DNA of 58,612 bases from contig CAZHCJ010000003.1 in assembly GCA_964530945.1 (NCBI GenBank), positions 1 to 58,612 of the forward strand, given 5' to 3'. Source of the stretch: Candidatus Woesearchaeota archaeon (lineage in GTDB: Archaea > Nanobdellota > Nanobdellia > Pacearchaeales > GW2011-AR1). Position 1 is the stretch's first letter. Each line of letters begins with the position of its first letter. Position numbers and translations under genes: made by a program. Below, piece by piece: positions 8,048 to 16,370 of the stretch. Below the pieces are notes generated by a model. That model was not told the origin of the DNA. It ran no database searches and saw nothing but the letters and a program-made list of their open reading frames with translations.

Positions 8048-8955
8048 TTTCTTATATGGGGAGAGATTATCTTTCCTTCCTCCAATTCTTTTAAATAATG
8101 TTTCTTTCCAGAGAAATATCCAAAAGTATAGGAGGTTAATTTTAATGTTTGATAATAATATTCAAGAAAATTTATCCTTCCAAATCTAAATGTAAAAAGA
8201 TTCTTCCAAAGAGACCAAGGGGAAAATTCTTTCCTAAAAAGATCTGGCCTCTTGTATTTAATGTGAAAAGAAGCCCTACCAAATTTATTGTATCTTTTCA
8301 TTTCTCCAAAAAAAGAGGGGTACTTGTGATACACAATAATTGAATCATCAAACAACACTTCTAGATTAAATTTTTTAAATTTATCCATCAACATAAGGCT
8401 TTCGGCTCCTGGAGCATAAAAATGATCCGTGTCATAACCTCCTATTTTAAAATACGCCTCTTTTTTTAGAATTAGATTTTTACCGTCTGCTTGTTTCTGT
8501 TGATAAAATCTTATCCTATCCCACTTACTCTCAGATAAAGAAAACCACCTCTCATCTGAGGGAACAAAATACGCTCCTTGAATCACATCGACCCCTTTAT
8601 TTTTAAGTATAGAAAAGAAAATCCTTTCAACATAATCTTTTTTAACCATAGTATCTGAATCTACTAAAATAATATATTCCTCTTTGGCAAATTTTATTGC
8701 TTTATCTCTTGCATAGTTCAATCCCAAGGGTTTTATTCTTAAATAGTGAAGATATTCAAGAGTTAGTTTTTTTATTAAATTGGATACCTCCTTGGTGGTA
8801 GAGTTATCTGCAACTATTAGCTCTACAGATAAGGAATAGTTGTGTTTCTTCTGGAAATTTTTTAAAGATTTGTCTATAGATTGTAAGGTTTTTTTTAATC
8901 CAAGGGGATTATTAAATGAAGGAACAATTATGCTCAGTCCCATCTCATCGGCCAT
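8044..8955 (-). CDS. Family 2 glycosyltransferase
   Basis: LSIIVPSFNNP start, ...ADNSTT... and the DxD motif in ILVDSDTMV. Confidence 0.85.
   Translation of the reverse strand: MADEMGLSIIVPSFNNPLGLKKTLQSIDKSLKNFQKKHNYSLSVELIVADNSTTKEVSNLIKKLTLEYLHYLRIKPLGLNYARDKAIKFAKEEYIILVDSDTMVKKDYVERIFFSILKNKGVDVIQGAYFVPSDERWFSLSESKWDRIRFYQQKQADGKNLILKKEAYFKIGGYDTDHFYAPGAESLMLMDKFKKFNLEVLFDDSIIVYHKYPSFFGEMKRYNKFGRASFHIKYKRPDLFRKEFSPWSLWKNLFTFRFGRINFLEYYYQTLKLTSYTFGYFSGKKHYLKELEEGKIISPHIRN
8692..8735. repeat. Source copy of the 44-bp segment, inside the GT2 CDS
   Basis: Exact match to 6018..6061. Confidence 0.9.
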
Positions 8956-9790
8956 TTTTTTCTATAGGTATTGAAGTATAAAGTTCTGAATCTTCCCAAA
9001 TTTTTCTTTTAGATAAAATTAAAATAGTGTATCCCATTCTAGAAAGATTTTCTCTAAATAAAAACATATATTCTTTGTAAATATGATGTAATTTCTTATA
9101 GGTCTCTTCATTTAAACTATTTAGGTGTTCTCTTTGGAGGATTTCTTCGCAAAACTCTTCAATTCTTTTGTCTCCAATATAATCAAATCTAAAATCTTTT
9201 GACCAATAAATGTCTAATTCAGAAGCTAAAAAGAAATCTATCCAGTTCGATTTATATAAAGGATCTATTTTTACCTTAATTGCGTCTGAAACATTTTGAA
9301 TCAAATCTTTAGAGGGTTTTTCCAAATAATACATGGGTATTGCCGCAATAAAACCATCTTTTTTACACACACGGAGACATTCTTTCAACGCTTTCCTTTT
9401 ATTTTTCATCAAAGAAAAAACATTGCCCACAATTACCAGGTCAAAAGTGCCTTCTTCAAAAGGTAGGTTATTCACATCTGCTTTGGAAAAATTGATGTTA
9501 ATATATCCTTCAAAATCTGCCCTCTTCTTGGCTTCTTTTAGACTCTCCTCATTTATGTCTACCGAATTTATATTGCATTTGACTAATCTACTAATTTCTA
9601 TCGGAGTAAATCCTGTGCTAGTTCCGACTTCCAATATCTTGCTATCCTTGGTTATCTTAATCCTATTCATAATCTCAAAAAGACTGTTCTTTCCTCCTGG
9701 GGGGCGATTTGTTTCTTTTACTAATCCGATTATTTGGTTGTAATCCATGCGCCCTATATCTTCTACAGATAAATCTTTTATATCTTTCAT
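8945..9790 (-). CDS. Class I SAM-dependent methyltransferase
   Basis: Motif I ILEVGTSTGF, post-I SVDINEE, FDLVIVGNVF. Confidence 0.85.
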   Translation of the reverse strand: MKDIKDLSVEDIGRMDYNQIIGLVKETNRPPGGKNSLFEIMNRIKITKDSKILEVGTSTGFTPIEISRLVKCNINSVDINEESLKEAKKRADFEGYININFSKADVNNLPFEEGTFDLVIVGNVFSLMKNKRKALKECLRVCKKDGFIAAIPMYYLEKPSKDLIQNVSDAIKVKIDPLYKSNWIDFFLASELDIYWSKDFRFDYIGDKRIEEFCEEILQREHLNSLNEETYKKLHHIYKEYMFLFRENLSRMGYTILILSKRKIWEDSELYTSIPIEKNGR

Positions 9791-9791
9791 T

Positions 9792-10976
9792 TTAATCTAA
9801 TATCTCTTCAAGAGTGGAATCTTTTTGAGTAGGAGATTTTCTCTCTTGGACCCTCAAACCTTCGGGAGTAACTAAGATTATTTTTGGAACTCCCAAAAAA
9901 CGAGATATTTTAATTTTACTATTGACTTTTGCGTTTGACCTATCATCTACCAAAACTTGCATTCCTTCTTCTTCCAATCCTCTCTCTAAATCTGCCAATC
10001 GGGCAAGAATATCTGGATCAGAATGATACTGAGGGATTAGATAAAAGTCAAAAGGAGAAATAGCTTCAGGCCAGACAATTCCTTCTTCGTCAAGGTTTGT
10101 GTCTACAATAGAGTAGATTAATCTTGACATCCCTATGCCATAAGTGGCCAAAAAAGGATAAATCTCTTCGTTTGAACTCCCTCTAAATTTTAAATTTAAT
10201 CCTCTACTAAATGAATCATCAAAAATTTTAAACATTGATACGCCTAACCCTTTTTGGATTTCTACATCTTCCCCACAAACGATGCATCCTTCTCTTTGCT
10301 CATCATATTCTGTGAAATGCCCACCCTCACATAAGAACATTTTGTGCTGTCCTCTTTCTGTCTCCAGAAGAAAATTGCCGTAATTTCCTCCTTCGGATTC
10401 CACATATTTTAAATCTAGATGTGTGCTTAAGCAGAGATCTTTCATTATTCTCTTGAAAGAATCTACTTTTTCTCTCGAATCCTCTTCTCCTGAGTGGAAG
10501 CTATATGCTTCAAAAACCTGAAACTCACTTGTGCTTATCAATCCTCCTGAAGGAGTATTGTGGGAGAAAACTTCTCCAAACTGGAATAATCCAAGAGGTA
10601 AATGTCTATTGAAAAGATTTCCGTGGACTAAATTAGTTATGGTCTCCTCATTTGTACGTGATAGAGAAAAATCTCCAAATTCAGGAGAAAGTCTAAAGAT
10701 GTTTGCTACGTAAGCATCCAACCTCCCCGTGTCTCTCAAGAGCCTTGTGGGTTGTATCTTAGGCAATAAAATTTCTTGGAATCCTTCCTTAAGTGCGGAA
10801 GACCTAATTATTTCTTGAAGAGAATTGAAAACCTTCATCCCCAAAGGAAGTAACGTGTAAAATCTCGCCCCTTCGTAATGGACTAAACCCGCCTTTTCCA
10901 TTAATTGAGATGTTTCAAACTTTGAAACATCATGATGTTCCATCAGGTGTGGAGCATATAATTCTTGGACATTCAT
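9792..10976 (-). CDS. Bacterial-type prolyl-tRNA-synthetase-like paralogue (class IIa core plus anticodon-binding-like domain, no INS domain, degenerate motif 2)
   Basis: Colinear with ProS by recall: YTLLPLGMKVFNSLQEII, LPKIQPTRLL, LSRTNEETITNL, SEFQVFEAYSFH, motif 3 TYGIGMSRLIYSIVD...GIVWPEAISPF. Start moved to the ATG at 10976, 1 nt after the upstream stop. Confidence 0.75.
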   Translation of the reverse strand: MNVQELYAPHLMEHHDVSKFETSQLMEKAGLVHYEGARFYTLLPLGMKVFNSLQEIIRSSALKEGFQEILLPKIQPTRLLRDTGRLDAYVANIFRLSPEFGDFSLSRTNEETITNLVHGNLFNRHLPLGLFQFGEVFSHNTPSGGLISTSEFQVFEAYSFHSGEEDSREKVDSFKRIMKDLCLSTHLDLKYVESEGGNYGNFLLETERGQHKMFLCEGGHFTEYDEQREGCIVCGEDVEIQKGLGVSMFKIFDDSFSRGLNLKFRGSSNEEIYPFLATYGIGMSRLIYSIVDTNLDEEGIVWPEAISPFDFYLIPQYHSDPDILARLADLERGLEEEGMQVLVDDRSNAKVNSKIKISRFLGVPKIILVTPEGLRVQERKSPTQKDSTLEEILD

Positions 10977-10977
10977 T

Positions 10978-12114
10978 TTAAGGAACCAATCCTCTGTCAG
11001 TCCTAGGGAAGTGGACCGCACTCCAAATAAAAGGCATTTCCAAGAGACCTTGTAAAAATCTCTCCCAACCTAGTCCAAAACCAGATGTTTTTTTATAATT
11101 TTTAAGCCTTCTTGTTTGCATATAGGGTTTGTAATCTTCCTTGGGCAAATTGAATATTCTTGCTTTTTTCTCTAACTCTTCTTTTGATTCTACCCTGGCC
11201 CCACTTCCAAGAATCTCTCTATAGCCTCCCCAAATTATGTCTGCATTATTTGCCACTTTTAATTTTTTATTTTTTGACTCAGAATGGTAGAAAGGGACTT
11301 CTAAAAGAGGGAACTCTCTTATCAAAACCATGCCTCCAAGAATTTCTGTAATTTTAATTTCCTCCCATTGTCCAAAATTTTTTAAACTGAACTCTTTGTA
11401 TTTTTCATCTTTTGTCTCTTCGTATAATAAATCTAATGCGTCTTTGAAGGTTATTTTTGGTATATCGAAAATATTCTCTGTGAATTCTTCCAATTCTTCA
11501 ATTTTTTTTGCTGACAAGAAATAGAGCATATCTTCTTTGTTTTTGTTAAGTAGATCAGAAATCATCTTCTTGATTAATCCAAGGGCTATCTTTTCATTTT
11601 CTTCCTGGTTTACCTTTCCTTCAAATTCCACATGGTGGAATTCTGAAAGATGAGTTGCATCTGTCCTTTCTTTTCTGAATGAGTTATAAATGGAATAAAC
11701 CCCTTCTACATTTTTTTGTGCTAATGCTAACTCTAAATAAATTTGTGAAGATTCTGAGAGAAAAATCCTCTGGGGCAGATCAAACCATTTCAAAGATATG
11801 GGATAAGTGTCTGTAGTATAATCTATTGCCTTTTTCCCATAAACTGCCCCTGGAGAAGAAATCATTCTTGTAGTCAAAGGCAGAGGGGTAAATAATGCAT
11901 TCATTTTATTGAAATAATCATTTACAGAAATATTTATCTGGTGATTTATCCTGGCTATGTGTGCCCACATATTAGAAGAATCAAATTCTTCAACACGTTC
12001 TTTAAATTCTCTCAAAGGAACACTCTCTAAATTAAGTTCCATTATTGGCTCAAAAACCTCATTCCCTTTATAAGAAATTTTTCCGTTCTTTAGTGCAGTA
12101 TAAGGTCCAAGCAT
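10978..12114 (-). CDS. Class IIb aaRS catalytic-core paralogue (AsnRS / archaeal asparagine-synthetase-A-like), lacking the OB anticodon-binding domain
   Basis: FLSESSQIYLELAL, motif 2 YNSFRKERTDATHLSEFHHVEFE, motif 3 GFGLGWERFLQGLL. Only about 50 aa precede the catalytic core. Confidence 0.75.
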   Translation of the reverse strand: MLGPYTALKNGKISYKGNEVFEPIMELNLESVPLREFKERVEEFDSSNMWAHIARINHQINISVNDYFNKMNALFTPLPLTTRMISSPGAVYGKKAIDYTTDTYPISLKWFDLPQRIFLSESSQIYLELALAQKNVEGVYSIYNSFRKERTDATHLSEFHHVEFEGKVNQEENEKIALGLIKKMISDLLNKNKEDMLYFLSAKKIEELEEFTENIFDIPKITFKDALDLLYEETKDEKYKEFSLKNFGQWEEIKITEILGGMVLIREFPLLEVPFYHSESKNKKLKVANNADIIWGGYREILGSGARVESKEELEKKARIFNLPKEDYKPYMQTRRLKNYKKTSGFGLGWERFLQGLLEMPFIWSAVHFPRTDRGLVP

Positions 12115-12271
12115 CCTAATAAAATCCCTCCCTGTGAGTTTTGGGGTAGATAAAAAAGAAAAGACATTTCTTCGTGCCCAATATCTTCTCGTTCATAAAA
12201 TTAGATATTTCTGATTATTTTTAAGTTTTATTATTCTATGGCTACATCTTTATATAAGAGGTAATTTCTAT

Positions 12272-12308
12272 AAAACTAACTCTCAAATCAAACAATAGAG
12301 TTAGTTTT
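12272..12308. promoter_or_regulatory. Perfect 12-bp inverted repeat (aaaactaactct N13 agagttagtttt) abutting the rtcB TATA box
   Basis: Arms at 12272..12283 and 12297..12308, in the divergent intergenic region between the aaRS-like operon and rtcB. Confidence 0.45.
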
Positions 12309-12315
12309 TTATAAT
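12308..12315 (+). promoter_or_regulatory. TATA-like box (TTTATAAT) 20 nt upstream of the rtcB ATG
   Basis: Same motif and spacing as other genes in this window. Confidence 0.45.
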
Positions 12316-12334
12316 GTAATTTATTCTCTAAAAC

Positions 12335-13750
12335 ATGGAGATTAAGAAAATTTCAGAGAATGTTTATGAAATTGCTAAAACTGGAAAGATGTTAGTGCCA
12401 GTTCGAATTTTCGCTTCGGAAAAAATCCTCGAGAAAATAAAGGAAGATAAAACGTTGCAGCAGGCTAAAAACATGGCAATGATAGAAGGTTCCGTTCAAC
12501 ATGTAGTGGTTCTCCCGGACGCCCACCAAGGTTATGGGGCGTGTATAGGAGGGGTTTCTGCCTTTGATACAGAAAAAGGAGTTATAAGCCCCGGTCAGGT
12601 AGGATATGATATTAATTGTTCCGTGAGGCTTTTGAAAACAAATCTGACCTTAGAAAATGTCAAAAGCAACGAAAAAGAAATATCTAATGAATTGTTCAAT
12701 GCTGTGCCCTCTGGCGTTGGGAAGGGAGGTTTGAAGAAACTTTCTGAAGAAGAGTTAGATGGGATATTAGAGGAAGGTGCCCAATGGTTAGTTAAAAATG
12801 GCTTTGGGAAAAAAGAGGATTATCTTTTCACAGAAAATCAAGGGAAATTAGAAGGGGCTAAAATAGAATATGTTTCCCCGCGTGCAAAAGCTCGTGGACG
12901 TAAACAGCTTGGAACTCTTGGGGCAGGAAATCATTTCTTGGAAATTCAGCAAGTGGAAAAAATATTTGATGAAAAAGCTGCAAAAGTTCTTGGTTTGAAG
13001 GAAGGAGATATTACAGTAATGATTCATTGCGGTTCTCGAGGTCTTGGACATCAGACAGCAACCGATTATATTAAAGAAATGGAAAGAAAATACGGCTGGA
13101 GTCATTTACCTGATAGACAATTAATTTGTGCTCCAATTAAAAGTGAATTGGGTCAAAAATACTTTGGTGCTATGGCGGCCGCTGCTAATTTTGGTTTTGC
13201 TAATAAGCAACTAATAACACATAAAATTAGAGAATTTTTAAAAAAAATTCTTCCCGATTTTGAAGCTAAAGTAGTGTATGACATTTGTCACAATATAGCC
13301 AAATTTGAAACACATAAAATTAATGGTGAAGAAAGAGAACTTTTAATAGTTCGAAAAGGCGCAACAAGAAGTTTTGGCCCTGGAAGAAAAGAGGTACCCA
13401 AGAAATATAGGGAGATAGGTCAGCCAATATTTATTCCTGGGAGTATGGGGACGGCATCTTATGTTTTGTTGGGCACTAAAAAGGCCGAAGAAGTTTCATT
13501 GGCTTCCACTGCTCATGGTGCAGGAAGACTTCTTTCAAGAAGTTATGCTAAGAAAAATCTTTCACTAGACAATGTAAAAAAAGATTTGGAAAAAAAAGGG
13601 ATTGCGATAAAGACCGATTCTGTGAAAGGAATCTTGGAAGAAGCACCTCAGGCATATAAGGACGTCGACGAAGTTGTTAAGGTCTCCCATGATGCAGGAA
13701 TAGGAAAAATGGTTGCTAAACTAAAACCATTAATTGTCATCAAAGGATAG
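12335..13750 (+). CDS. rtcB: RNA-splicing ligase RtcB
   Basis: PDAHQGYG, GYDINC, GAGNHF, HCGSRGLGHQ, AHGAGR motifs. 471 aa. No intein. Confidence 0.95.
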   Translation: MEIKKISENVYEIAKTGKMLVPVRIFASEKILEKIKEDKTLQQAKNMAMIEGSVQHVVVLPDAHQGYGACIGGVSAFDTEKGVISPGQVGYDINCSVRLLKTNLTLENVKSNEKEISNELFNAVPSGVGKGGLKKLSEEELDGILEEGAQWLVKNGFGKKEDYLFTENQGKLEGAKIEYVSPRAKARGRKQLGTLGAGNHFLEIQQVEKIFDEKAAKVLGLKEGDITVMIHCGSRGLGHQTATDYIKEMERKYGWSHLPDRQLICAPIKSELGQKYFGAMAAAANFGFANKQLITHKIREFLKKILPDFEAKVVYDICHNIAKFETHKINGEERELLIVRKGATRSFGPGRKEVPKKYREIGQPIFIPGSMGTASYVLLGTKKAEEVSLASTAHGAGRLLSRSYAKKNLSLDNVKKDLEKKGIAIKTDSVKGILEEAPQAYKDVDEVVKVSHDAGIGKMVAKLKPLIVIKG

Positions 13751-14847
13751 GTTTTTGTATCTTGAGCTTTTTTTTAAGTAACTCTTCTCTCAGAGTGTCA
13801 TAAATATGATTGAAGATCTCTCGATTACCTTCGCAAAATAGCGTCTTACCTTCAATGTGCCCATGAGTAATATATGAATCAAAAGCACACCCCGAATTGC
13901 AATATTCTTTTATGTTACATTCTTCCCTTTGGCAAATGCTTCTTCTACTATTTATTTTCCTTCTTAAAGCATGATTATTTATCTCTTCTACTGAATCTTC
14001 AAAGACATTTCCTAATCTAAATTCTCCTATTGCAATAAATCTTCCACAAGGATAAAAATCTCCTTGAGTAGACACTCCAATAAATCCCTCCTGACAGTGT
14101 CCTGAATAGTTACATCCTTTCATTCTCTCCGTGAAAAAGGCTTTCATAATTTCTCTAAAAGGAGATATTTTTGTTTTTGAAGAATCGTGATTATACCATT
14201 TATCAAACAAAAAATCATTGCTTTAGAATATTCCTCAGGAGTTATTGCCAAATGGCTATTTTCCAATGCCCTTCCAGTCTCTATAAGAGGATTTATCTTA
14301 AAGTTTATTTCTTCTTCGTGAAAAAAATCATAAATCTCCTCTAAATAAGAGATATTTGTTTTGTTTAGAACAAGAACCGCTCCTCCGCCTATGCCTCTTT
14401 CTTTTGCTAGCATAATTGCATCATAAATCCTATCAAAACTTCTCTTGCCACTTAAAAACTTCCTGGTTAAATCATTGTACTCTTTAGTTCCGTCTAAGCT
14501 AAAACTCACTCTAAAATCATTTTCTTTAAAAAATCTGCAAAAGATTCTCTGAATAAAATCCCATTTGTTTGAACACTGTTTCTTATCTTGAACTCTGAGA
14601 ATTCTTTCTAGAAATTAACAACCCCTCTATAAAAAGGGAGACCGGGTATAAGAGGTTCTCCCCCATGCCAAATAAAATGAGATTTTATTTCGCCATTATA
14701 TTCAACAACTCTTTCTATACCTTTTTTGGCAACATCAATTTCCATATTACTTTTGATGTGAAAACCCTCCATAGAACAATAAGAACAAGCAAGATTACAA
14801 CTATCACTTACCCTCATAATGGCAGTCAAACCTTGTTGATCAACCAT
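13740..14847 (-). pseudogene. Radical SAM / SPASM-domain maturase (AslB-like), disrupted
   Basis: Three ORF pieces are colinear with one enzyme: CNLACSYC cluster (14608..14847), SLDG...core (14144..14509) and a Cys-rich SPASM tail (13740..14210). There is an in-frame TAG at 14608..14610. Two frameshifts lie in homopolymer runs near 14520 and 14209..14214. Confidence 0.8.
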
Positions 14848-14871
14848 AAACCAGGAAGAGATTTTGTATTT

Positions 14872-15372
14872 TTAAGGATTGTTGTTTTTCAGGAACATCT
14901 TAACATATTCTATAAAACCTGATTTGGACTTGTACATACTCCCAAAATCTTCTCCTCTTTTTATGGGAACATAATTTCCATAATTATTAGTGACATTTAT
15001 TGAACCTTTTGTGGGATCAATAAGATATACTTTTTCTTTTATTTTGACTTTCACAAATATGTGTCCTTCAATTTTCTTAAAATCCGGCTTTTTTATCCAA
15101 TCTTTATCTAGAGTTTCTATATACTTCACAGGGATTTTTTTTGCCTTACAAAAAGCTATAAATAAATGAGCATAATCAGTACATCCTGTTAGAATCTTTT
15201 GATCAACCATTTTATCTGCTTCCCTTACCTTTTTTTCATAGACAGACTTCTTGCTAAGCTCATAATTTTCTTTTAAGTAAATTAATAGATTGATTATGAA
15301 CTCAATTCCTTCCCCTTTTATTTTATCCGCTTCTCTCTTTATCTTCTCAGTTACTTTTGTCTGAACGGTCAT
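14872..15372 (-). CDS. Transglutaminase-like cysteine protease superfamily protein
   Basis: Cys-His-Asp arrangement: TGCTDYAHLFIAFCKAKKIP ... EGHIFVKV ... YLIDPT. Confidence 0.65.
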   Translation of the reverse strand: MTVQTKVTEKIKREADKIKGEGIEFIINLLIYLKENYELSKKSVYEKKVREADKMVDQKILTGCTDYAHLFIAFCKAKKIPVKYIETLDKDWIKKPDFKKIEGHIFVKVKIKEKVYLIDPTKGSINVTNNYGNYVPIKRGEDFGSMYKSKSGFIEYVKMFLKNNNP

Positions 15373-15393
15373 ATATATTAAATATCAACCACA

Positions 15394-15401
15394 TTTATAT
15401 A
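15394..15401 (+). promoter_or_regulatory. TATA-like box (TTTATATA) about 22 nt upstream of the ATG at 15423
   Basis: Motif and spacing only. Confidence 0.35.
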
Positions 15402-15422
15402 TTTAATATGTCTTGAGTGTAT

Positions 15423-15617
15423 ATGAAAAGCCTAAAAGAACTTGTTAATCTAGAGGGCAGCGTAGAAAACCCCAAACTTAGGGAAGTTATGCGCGAGTCA
15501 AGAAAAGAATCTGGCCTAGAGATTAGTGAAGGAAGAATGAGTTATGACGATGGCCACCTTGATAACTACAGCGACCATGGCGATAGTTATGGGGACTCTT
15601 ACAACGACGGGTTTTAA
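15423..15617 (+). CDS. Small acidic protein with a repetitive Asp/Ser/Tyr/Gly C-terminus
   Basis: 64-aa ORF (ATG two codons inside the GTG-started track ORF). C-terminus DGHLDNYSDHGDSYGDSYNDGF. Confidence 0.4.
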   Translation: MKSLKELVNLEGSVENPKLREVMRESRKESGLEISEGRMSYDDGHLDNYSDHGDSYGDSYNDGF

Positions 15618-15714
15618 TTAACTTTGTCAAGTATAAGATAGCAAATTTCATGGATGGTTGAACCTTTCTATTTTTTTAGGTAAATTTATTAATCTTTCCC
15701 ATTTTTTTATCCAA

Positions 15715-16248
15715 ATGAAAATAACTTTTATTAGACATGCTGAAAAAGAAAGTGTAGGAGAAGATCCTGCACTCACTCGTAAAGGAATCAAGCAGGCTAA
15801 GCTCTTAGCCAAAAGATTGAAAAAAGAAAAATTTGATGAATTCTATTGTAGTGATTTAATTAGGGCCAAGCAAACTGCGCAAATTGTTTCTAAAAAAATT
15901 AAGATGGAACCCAAAATAGAGAAATCTCTTAATGAGTTTGAAATTAACACAGTTAAAAAAGACAAAAGAAGTTGGAGCGAAGAAGAGAAAAAACACTATA
16001 AGAATTTTATCTCTTTCTTAGATAGGTTGACTAAAAACCCTAATCGTAAAAAAAGAATTTTAATTATCGCGCATGGGCTTACTAATAGACTTATTGCCTC
16101 TCATTTCTTAGAAATATCTTCCCATAAAACTGTGAGATTTAGGACAAGAGAAACTGGAATCAATTCTATTTATTGGGTAGAGAAATTTAAGAATTGGAGA
16201 ATGAGGTGTTGGAATGATAACTCTCATATTCCTAAAAGATTGAGATAA
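15715..16248 (+). CDS. Histidine phosphatase (phosphoglycerate-mutase-like) family protein
   Basis: MKITFIRHAEKE (RHG-type motif) and a later IIAHGLTNR. Start moved to the ATG at 15715. Confidence 0.8.
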   Translation: MKITFIRHAEKESVGEDPALTRKGIKQAKLLAKRLKKEKFDEFYCSDLIRAKQTAQIVSKKIKMEPKIEKSLNEFEINTVKKDKRSWSEEEKKHYKNFISFLDRLTKNPNRKKRILIIAHGLTNRLIASHFLEISSHKTVRFRTRETGINSIYWVEKFKNWRMRCWNDNSHIPKRLR

Positions 16249-16370
16249 GGGTTGAGAAATATTTTTATAAGTTCTTTTATCCCTATTCTCAAGTAACAAC
16301 AAAATCAAAAGGTTTAAATAGTAAAATTCATATATCCTTTTACATTAAATACATTATATAAATAGGAAAA

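Noticed and set aside
9792-12114. Calling the two synthetase-like genes housekeeping proS and asnS/aspS.
   Set aside because: One lacks the anticodon-binding OB domain and the other lacks the motif 2 arginines and is of bacterial type. They also sit in an operon with a methyltransferase and a GT2. Housekeeping status can only be excluded with the full genome.
14608-14610. The in-frame TAG in the radical SAM gene as a pyrrolysine codon.
   Set aside because: The same gene also has two frameshifts, no pyl genes are visible, and TAG terminates other ORFs in the window (e.g. archease, 31187, 51399).
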